DNA of 64,000 bases. Source: Puniceicoccaceae bacterium (GTDB taxonomy: Bacteria > Verrucomicrobiota > Verrucomicrobiia > Opitutales > Oceanipulchritudinaceae). The position numbers and the translations under genes are program-made. The notes beneath the pieces are model-generated. The model saw nothing but the letters and a program-made list of their open reading frames with translations. It was not told the origin of the DNA and made no database searches. This document shows positions 58,388 through 64,000 of the stretch, piece after piece; within the stretch, counting starts at the first letter, position 1, and every line of letters starts with the position of its first letter. The stretch lies in contig JBFOMH010000021.1 in the NCBI GenBank assembly GCA_040830765.1, positions 64,001 through 128,000 of the forward strand. The letters are read 5' to 3'.

Positions 58388-60847
58388 TCAAGCCCCGACC
58401 TGTTGGTCAAAGGTGAGGAAGCTTTTGTGACGCTGCTGCTGGCGTGGAGTCAGAGGAGGCAGTTCCTCAAGGCTGACATCACGGGGGAACTTGGCGATTT
58501 CCTCCGTTGCGGCCTGCTTCAGTTGCAGCCACCGGTCCCAGTTGAGGTACGGGGCATGTGCGATATGACGCAAAAGGCTGCGCCATTCGAGCCGCACCCT
58601 TTCGATATCGCCAGTACGGAGTTCGGCATCTGATCTGAGAAGGCTTTGCCGTGCTCCGGGTTCAAAGAGGACTTCAGCTGCCCCTTCTCCATAGGTCGAG
58701 GGGAGGCCGCGAGAAAGGTAACCGGGAAAGGTGACCAGCCCGTAAGCTGCACGGCAGGCCGTTTCCAGCCGGTTGGAGGCGAACTCATGAGCCCCGAAGC
58801 GATGACCGGCCCGAAGGTTGGCCAGATCGAGAAGGAGGTCGCCAATGGCATAGGCGGCATCCTCGAGTGCTGCCGCTATGGCCAGTCCCTCCCCGTAATT
58901 GAAGAAACTGAAGAGAATGCCGCGCCGGGTCGGTGAGGCATGATGGTCGATGAGGCCAAGGCTGTGCCAGATGTCGGCGGTTGTCAGCTTATTGCCTGAC
59001 TTGGCCAGGTCGTGTTCATCTGGCATGTGGAGGTCCGCCTCATGGGTGACGGAGCGCTCGACCGGATTGATCAGCGCATGGCCTTGTGAATCACTATGGG
59101 CGTAGGTCAGCGCTGTTTCGTAGTTAAGAACTGCATACAACATGTCATTGCGTTCTATCCAGCTGTGGAAGGTTCCGCCTTGTGACAGTTGGGGAAGCAA
59201 GGGCAGGATTCGCGACTCGACCTTGTCCAGCTTCCAGCCCATGCGGCGCCAGCGACGCTTTCTGGAAACTGGTGTGCTGTTGAGTGAGCGGACCAGCCAG
59301 CGGCTGAGAACGAGCTCGCCTTCCTTCTCATCGCGGCCAAAACGAGCCACGGGAACCTGTCGCCCATAACGGGTGGATTTGTTTCCCGGGATCCGGCACA
59401 GGTTTCCGCATTTCAGGCCGGACAAGCTTTCGGGAACGGAAAGGACCGGCTTCCACTCACCTTTGTGCCGGATCAAGGCGCGTCCCATCGGGGCGGCTCG
59501 GGCAGTCTTCTTGCGTTCCCATGTCCCATCCATCGCCTGGAATTCGACGACTTCCTGGGCAATGATGCGGTGCTGCTGGACGCGGCCGGAGGGACCCTTG
59601 GCATTGAAATCAGCCAGGCCAAGGGCGATTCGCTGAATACTAAACAGCCTGCGGGTCAGATCGTGGGCGGCATTGGTAGGGTCCTTGCTGGACTCAATGG
59701 CAGCCTGCATGACGCCAATAAGACTGGGCCAGTCGATCTGGTTGGTTCGCTTGAGATGTAGGGGCCGGGCTTCCTGTAGGCGAGGCTTGCCGGTGGCCAC
59801 GGCAATATAACCGACCTTGTCCATGCCACGGCGACCGGCCCTCCCGAACATCTGCAGGAGTTCATCCGGCCTGACTTCATGGACTTTCTCACCCGATCGG
59901 TATTCGCGATCGGTGACCAGGACCGAGCGCATGGAGAAATTGATTCCGGCGGCCAGACCCATGGTCGCGACGACCACCCGCAATTGACCGGCCTTGGCCA
60001 GGGGCTCGATAAGGCCCGCCCGTTGACCGTAATCAAGCCCGCTGTGATGGTAGGCCACACGTGCCCGCAACAGTTTCTTCAAACGGTCGCCGGCTAGTTT
60101 TTCCTGCTCCGGAGTGAGGATCAGGGGATCCTCCTCGGGGAGCATGCGGGCAATATCGTGGGCAAGATCCTCCGCTGCCTTGCGCCTTGGAGCAAAGGCC
60201 AGCAGCGGAGCCATGCCGGCCTTGAGGACGCGGGCAACGGCCCGTGGCCAGAAGCCCCGGACGGACGGCGGAATGCGGTTTGGCAGTCCGTCTATATGGA
60301 TCTCCTCCAGGGGAACCGGACGCTTGCTGTGTTGGACCAACTCAACCTTCCTTCCAAGTCGCTTCAGCCATTCGACGACATGCTTGGGATTGCCGACCGA
60401 ACCACTGAGCAGGAGCAGTTGAGTTGCTGCAGGCGCACAGGCGATGGCCAACTCGTAGTTCAGGCCGCGCTGTTCGTCCCCGAGCATCTGGTATTCATCA
60501 ATGACCAGCAAGTCGGGGCCTTCTCCACGGAGAAGTTTCCCCTTCTGGGTTTCCAGGGTGGCGACAATTACTTTGGCTTCCGAATTCTCCGAGCGGTCCC
60601 CGGTGGCGATACCGACATCCCACCCGCGGCGCATCCATTCCAACCTTTTGTCATTGGCCAGTGCCCGGGTAGGAACTGTATAGACAGCCTTGCCATCAAA
60701 TCCGCCCTCGATGATCAGTTCGAAAACATAGGTCTTTCCCGCCCCGGTCGGCGCAGCGACAACCACATCCGCCTTGTTGCGCAGTGCGCGGATAGCCTGT
60801 TGCTGCCACAAGTCCGGGAGCTTCAACTGGGTCTCGAGCTGATCCAT
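58388..60847 (-). CDS. Ski2/HelY-like superfamily 2 helicase
   Basis: Q-motif WQQQA, APTGAGKT, PTRALAN, DEYQ, YHHSGL, GINF, QMFGRAGRRG. ATG 60847 abuts the upstream ABC gene stop. Confidence 0.85.
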   Translation of the reverse strand: MDQLETQLKLPDLWQQQAIRALRNKADVVVAAPTGAGKTYVFELIIEGGFDGKAVYTVPTRALANDKRLEWMRRGWDVGIATGDRSENSEAKVIVATLETQKGKLLRGEGPDLLVIDEYQMLGDEQRGLNYELAIACAPAATQLLLLSGSVGNPKHVVEWLKRLGRKVELVQHSKRPVPLEEIHIDGLPNRIPPSVRGFWPRAVARVLKAGMAPLLAFAPRRKAAEDLAHDIARMLPEEDPLILTPEQEKLAGDRLKKLLRARVAYHHSGLDYGQRAGLIEPLAKAGQLRVVVATMGLAAGINFSMRSVLVTDREYRSGEKVHEVRPDELLQMFGRAGRRGMDKVGYIAVATGKPRLQEARPLHLKRTNQIDWPSLIGVMQAAIESSKDPTNAAHDLTRRLFSIQRIALGLADFNAKGPSGRVQQHRIIAQEVVEFQAMDGTWERKKTARAAPMGRALIRHKGEWKPVLSVPESLSGLKCGNLCRIPGNKSTRYGRQVPVARFGRDEKEGELVLSRWLVRSLNSTPVSRKRRWRRMGWKLDKVESRILPLLPQLSQGGTFHSWIERNDMLYAVLNYETALTYAHSDSQGHALINPVERSVTHEADLHMPDEHDLAKSGNKLTTADIWHSLGLIDHHASPTRRGILFSFFNYGEGLAIAAALEDAAYAIGDLLLDLANLRAGHRFGAHEFASNRLETACRAAYGLVTFPGYLSRGLPSTYGEGAAEVLFEPGARQSLLRSDAELRTGDIERVRLEWRSLLRHIAHAPYLNWDRWLQLKQAATEEIAKFPRDVSLEELPPLTPRQQQRHKSFLTFDQQVGA

Positions 60848-60848
60848 T

Positions 60849-61652
60849 TCACCATTTCGGACAGGCCTCGATGAGCATCCGGGTATACGGATGGGTTGGA
60901 TTGGCAAAAAGTTCCTCCACCGATTCCCATTCCACTGAGCGGCCTTCCTGCAAGACCATGACCCGGTCAGCCACCTGTTGCACGACGGCGAGATCGTGTG
61001 AAATAAAGAGAAGAGTCAGTCCGCGGCGTTCCTTCAGTTCCTGCAGCAGCTTCAGTAGCTGGGCCTGGATGGACACATCAAGCGCACTGACCGGTTCATC
61101 GCAGATCAGAAAGTCTGGCTCCACAGCCAATGCACGGGCCAGCAGGAGGCGCTGCCGCTGACCTCCACTCAATTCGGAGGGATAGCGGCTCCTGATCGAC
61201 GTCGGCAACTGCACATCCTTCAGAAGCTGTTCTGTCTTTGCGCGTATGTCCTTTTTAGTGAGCCCGGGAAAGTGCAGCAGCAGGGGCTCGGCAAGGAGCT
61301 GGCCTGCGTTTAGCCTTGGATTGAGGGCTTGCCAGGGGTCTTGGAAAACCAACTGGACCGTCTTGCGATAGGGCCGGAATGCAGCCGGGTCGAGAGGGGC
61401 AACCTCTTCGCCTTCAAGGAAAACGGAACCGCTTTTCACGGGGATGAGCTTCACCAGCGCTTTGGCGATGGTGCTTTTCCCGGAACCGCTTTCCCCGACT
61501 AGGGCGACGGTCTGGCCGGCAATGACCTCAAAGCTGACATCGTGGACAACCGCTTTCCATCCCTTCTGGGTTGGATAGCCGAGGCAGATGTCCCTGCAGG
61601 CCAAAATGACTGGATTCCCGGAATCGCCGGGGGTGCTTGCTTCCGGCATCAC
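60849..61652 (-). CDS. ABC transporter ATP-binding protein (dipeptide/oligopeptide type, OppF/DppF-like)
   Basis: GESGSGKST, VFQDP, LSGGQRQR, CDEPVSALD, ISHDL, PTHPYT. Confidence 0.92.
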   Translation of the reverse strand: MMPEASTPGDSGNPVILACRDICLGYPTQKGWKAVVHDVSFEVIAGQTVALVGESGSGKSTIAKALVKLIPVKSGSVFLEGEEVAPLDPAAFRPYRKTVQLVFQDPWQALNPRLNAGQLLAEPLLLHFPGLTKKDIRAKTEQLLKDVQLPTSIRSRYPSELSGGQRQRLLLARALAVEPDFLICDEPVSALDVSIQAQLLKLLQELKERRGLTLLFISHDLAVVQQVADRVMVLQEGRSVEWESVEELFANPTHPYTRMLIEACPKW

Positions 61653-61721
61653 GCCTTAATGGGAAGGGGATTCAGCGGGCCCGGCAAGTTAGAAAACGTA
61701 TTTCCCAGACTATCCTGACTG

Positions 61722-62711
61722 TTAGACAATACGCAACTTGGGCATATCCTGGCCATCCACGACCCCGATGGGATGATTTTCGGCATCTACAACCAGCAGG
61801 TCGTTGAAGGAATGCTTCTCGAATATCTTGAGCGCATCGATGGCCAACGAACCGGAAGGGATGGTCTTCGGCTGCGGTGTCATGAACCCGGAAACCGGCT
61901 TGGCCAGGATGTCAGGGGTGCACAGGGAGGCCCGGCGGAAGTCCCCGTCACTGAAGACACCGGTCAGACGGCCAGAAGCTTCATCATAAAGGGCGATTGT
62001 CCCGCAACGGGCGGAGGTAATGGCCAGAAGGGCTTCCTGGACATTGACACGGTCGGGGGCCTTGGCAAAGCGGTCGCCGGTGCGCATGATTTCATCGACC
62101 TTGAGGAGGAGGACCTTTCCGAGAGAACCTGCGGGATGATAGCGGGCGAAGTCCTCCTTGGAGAAGCCTCGCATCTCCAGATAGACCATGGCCAGGGCGT
62201 CGCCGATGGCCAGTGCAGCCGTGGTGCTCGCCGTCGGGGCCAGATTCAGGGGACAAGCCTCCTGCTCGTAATGATAGACAAGGAGGTGGTCGCAAAAGCG
62301 GGCCAGTGAGCAATCCGGAACGGCTGTAATGGCCAGTGTAATGACCCCAAGGCGTTTCAAACCCGGAATCAGGCGAAGGAGGTCCTCGGTCTCTCCGCTG
62401 TTGCTGAAGAGCAGGCAGAGATCGCCTTCCTGACAAAGCCCGAGGTCCCCGTGCAGGGCCTGGTTGGGATCGAGGAAGGCAGCTGGGACGCCGGTTGAGT
62501 TAAAGGTGCCGGCCAGCTTGAGGCAGATGGGAACGTTTTTGCCCACGCCGGTAAAGACGAGTTTCCGGTTGCCGAGAATGGCTGTTTCAATCAAGCCGAT
62601 GGCATTGATAAAGGTGTCATCCAGTTTTTGTGAGGTTGATTCCAGCGCTGCTTGCTCCAATTCGAGGCATTTGCGGGCACTGGCGATGATTTCTTCGTGA
62701 GAAAGTGTCAT
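61722..62711 (-). CDS. kdsD: KpsF/GutQ-family arabinose-5-phosphate isomerase (SIS + CBS)
   Basis: TGVGKN, ALHGDLG, SNSGET, EACPLNLAPTAST, FARYHPAGSLG, C-terminal CBS pair. Confidence 0.9.
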   Translation of the reverse strand: MTLSHEEIIASARKCLELEQAALESTSQKLDDTFINAIGLIETAILGNRKLVFTGVGKNVPICLKLAGTFNSTGVPAAFLDPNQALHGDLGLCQEGDLCLLFSNSGETEDLLRLIPGLKRLGVITLAITAVPDCSLARFCDHLLVYHYEQEACPLNLAPTASTTAALAIGDALAMVYLEMRGFSKEDFARYHPAGSLGKVLLLKVDEIMRTGDRFAKAPDRVNVQEALLAITSARCGTIALYDEASGRLTGVFSDGDFRRASLCTPDILAKPVSGFMTPQPKTIPSGSLAIDALKIFEKHSFNDLLVVDAENHPIGVVDGQDMPKLRIV

Positions 62712-62775
62712 TGGATGAAGTTTATGGTTGGGTTTGTTTGCAGAAAAACGATAAAACCCAAATCTTTGATAGCAG

Positions 62776-63576
62776 ATGGAGTTTGGGAGAAAAGTTAAAA
62801 GCCTCAGGATTTTTGTATCAACAGCATTGTTGGCGGGAATCCTCTTGGGATTCATGACCGCCTGCAGTCCTTCAGGTTCGGTAACTGAGGAGACGGACGA
62901 GCGGGCCTACCGGCGCGGCAAGAGCCTCCTTCGGGAGGGACGCAAGGATGAAGCCCTGCAAGCTTTCCTGGCAGTCATCAACTCTCGCAGTGATGCCACG
63001 GAGTCTCACCTTGAGGCAGGGCTGCTTTATCTCAATCATCTCAAGGATCCGCTGGCCGCAATTTATCATTTCCGGACTTACCTGGCGCTCAATCCTGAGG
63101 GGGAATACGTGGAATTTGTTCAGGACCTCATCCTGACTGCACAAAAGGACTACGCCAAAACCCTGCCCGGAGAGCCCTTTGGCGACGCGGTTGACCGGGT
63201 CAACCTCATGGAAACGGTCAAGAATCTCCAGGAGGAAAATGAATCCCTGAAGCAGAACATCCTGCAACTGCAGCGGCAAATCAACGAACAGGAAAGCGAG
63301 TTGCTGAGGCAGCAAAGCGCCTTTACCGCAGCCCGGCCGCAGGGCGGAACAGCGGCCGATGTCGCCCCGATTATCATTAACCAGCCGACCTCACAGCCCA
63401 GTGCGACCAATTCCGGGCAGCAATCGTACACGGTGCAGGCGGGCGATACCTTGAGCCGGATCAGCGCCAAGGTCTATGGTGAGTCCAGCCGGTGGACGGA
63501 AATCTTTGAAGCAAACCGCGATTTGCTGCCCAGTCCGAACGCGCTCAAGCCGGGACAGGTCCTGCGCATTCCCTGA
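62776..63576 (+). CDS. Lipoprotein with TPR, coiled coil and C-terminal LysM domain
   Basis: Lipobox FMTAC; ESHLEAGLLY...AIYHF TPR; YTVQAGDTLSRIS...IFEANR...LKPGQVLRIP LysM. Confidence 0.85.
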   Translation: MEFGRKVKSLRIFVSTALLAGILLGFMTACSPSGSVTEETDERAYRRGKSLLREGRKDEALQAFLAVINSRSDATESHLEAGLLYLNHLKDPLAAIYHFRTYLALNPEGEYVEFVQDLILTAQKDYAKTLPGEPFGDAVDRVNLMETVKNLQEENESLKQNILQLQRQINEQESELLRQQSAFTAARPQGGTAADVAPIIINQPTSQPSATNSGQQSYTVQAGDTLSRISAKVYGESSRWTEIFEANRDLLPSPNALKPGQVLRIP

Positions 63577-64000
63577 TGACCTACTTTGACTGGAATGCCA
63601 CTGCACCATTACTGGATGAGGCCCGTGATGCCTGGCTGAGGGCTTCTGAATCAGCTTGGGCGAATCCTTCCGTGGCCTATCGGGTGGGGGTGCAGGCCCG
63701 CCTTGAGCTGGATGAGGCAAGGGACTGGCTGGCTGCACAATTCTGCGTCGGTCCCGAGCAAGTGATTTTCACCTCCGGGGCGACTGAGGCCAGCAACGGG
63801 TTTGTTCGAGAGTCAGCCCGGCGCACTGGGCCCAATGGGGAAATTTGGATTTCCGCGGTGGAACATCCTGCAGTTCGGGCCACTGCGCTTGAGTACTGGG
63901 GGGAAGGCCGTGTCCGTCAAATCCCGGTCCAGCCTTCTGGTGAATTGGATCTGGATTGGCTGGAGAGCCGGATGAAGACCCACCGCCCCTCGCTGGTATG
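63576..64000 (+). CDS. Cysteine desulfurase (IscS/NifS-like, class V aminotransferase), 3' truncated by window edge
   Basis: Not in the ORF track; manual translation MTYFDWNATAP...WANPS...VIFTSGATEASN...SAVEHPAV; ATG overlaps the LysM gene stop (TGATG). Confidence 0.88.
   Translation, partial: MTYFDWNATAPLLDEARDAWLRASESAWANPSVAYRVGVQARLELDEARDWLAAQFCVGPEQVIFTSGATEASNGFVRESARRTGPNGEIWISAVEHPAVRATALEYWGEGRVRQIPVQPSGELDLDWLESRMKTHRPSLV

Noticed and set aside
58388..61652. Helicase + ABC ATPase as an anti-phage defence system
   Set aside because: The ATPase is a standard peptide-import NBD, there is no nuclease or effector partner, and the context is housekeeping.

Overview
A gene-dense, GC-rich bacterial chromosomal window with about 54 CDS. 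Gene content and style suggest a Gram-negative organism, plausibly Verrucomicrobiota/Opitutales (inference only). No tRNA, rRNA, IS element, prophage or CRISPR array was recognised. In order: two photolyases (CPD class I and FeS-BCP type), an SRPBCC-TIGR01777 fusion, an EamA transporter, sppA, sufT and xerC; an ~18 kb minus-strand run (MoxR/DUF58/VWA Bat operon, phasin-like protein, ABC1 kinase, six-gene TonB2/Ttp-type energiser, NMT1/THI5-like binding lipoprotein); an O-antigen-ligase/TPR protein, mdh, carA, and ArsR with KamA; a thiamine salvage locus (TPP riboswitch with TonB-dependent receptor, SSS symporter, thiN); a GT4 with a glucosylglycerate-phosphorylase-like enzyme; pal, a NarL regulator and obgE; then gltBD, a Ski2-like helicase, an ABC ATPase, kdsD, a LysM-TPR lipoprotein and a partial cysteine desulfurase. 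The most unusual region is 44.9-52 kb. It holds two receiver proteins fused to degenerate sigma54-activator AAA+ domains, a stand-alone PilB N-domain protein and an orphan PilB/GspE ATPase. These are followed by a MurE homologue with a remodelled N-terminal domain that overlaps an arginyl/leucyl-tRNA-transferase-like gene. Also notable are four InlB-like repeats inside a BatB-BatC fusion and a possible riboswitch-gated uORF coupled to the thiamine receptor. All family calls come from motif recognition by eye, not database searches.
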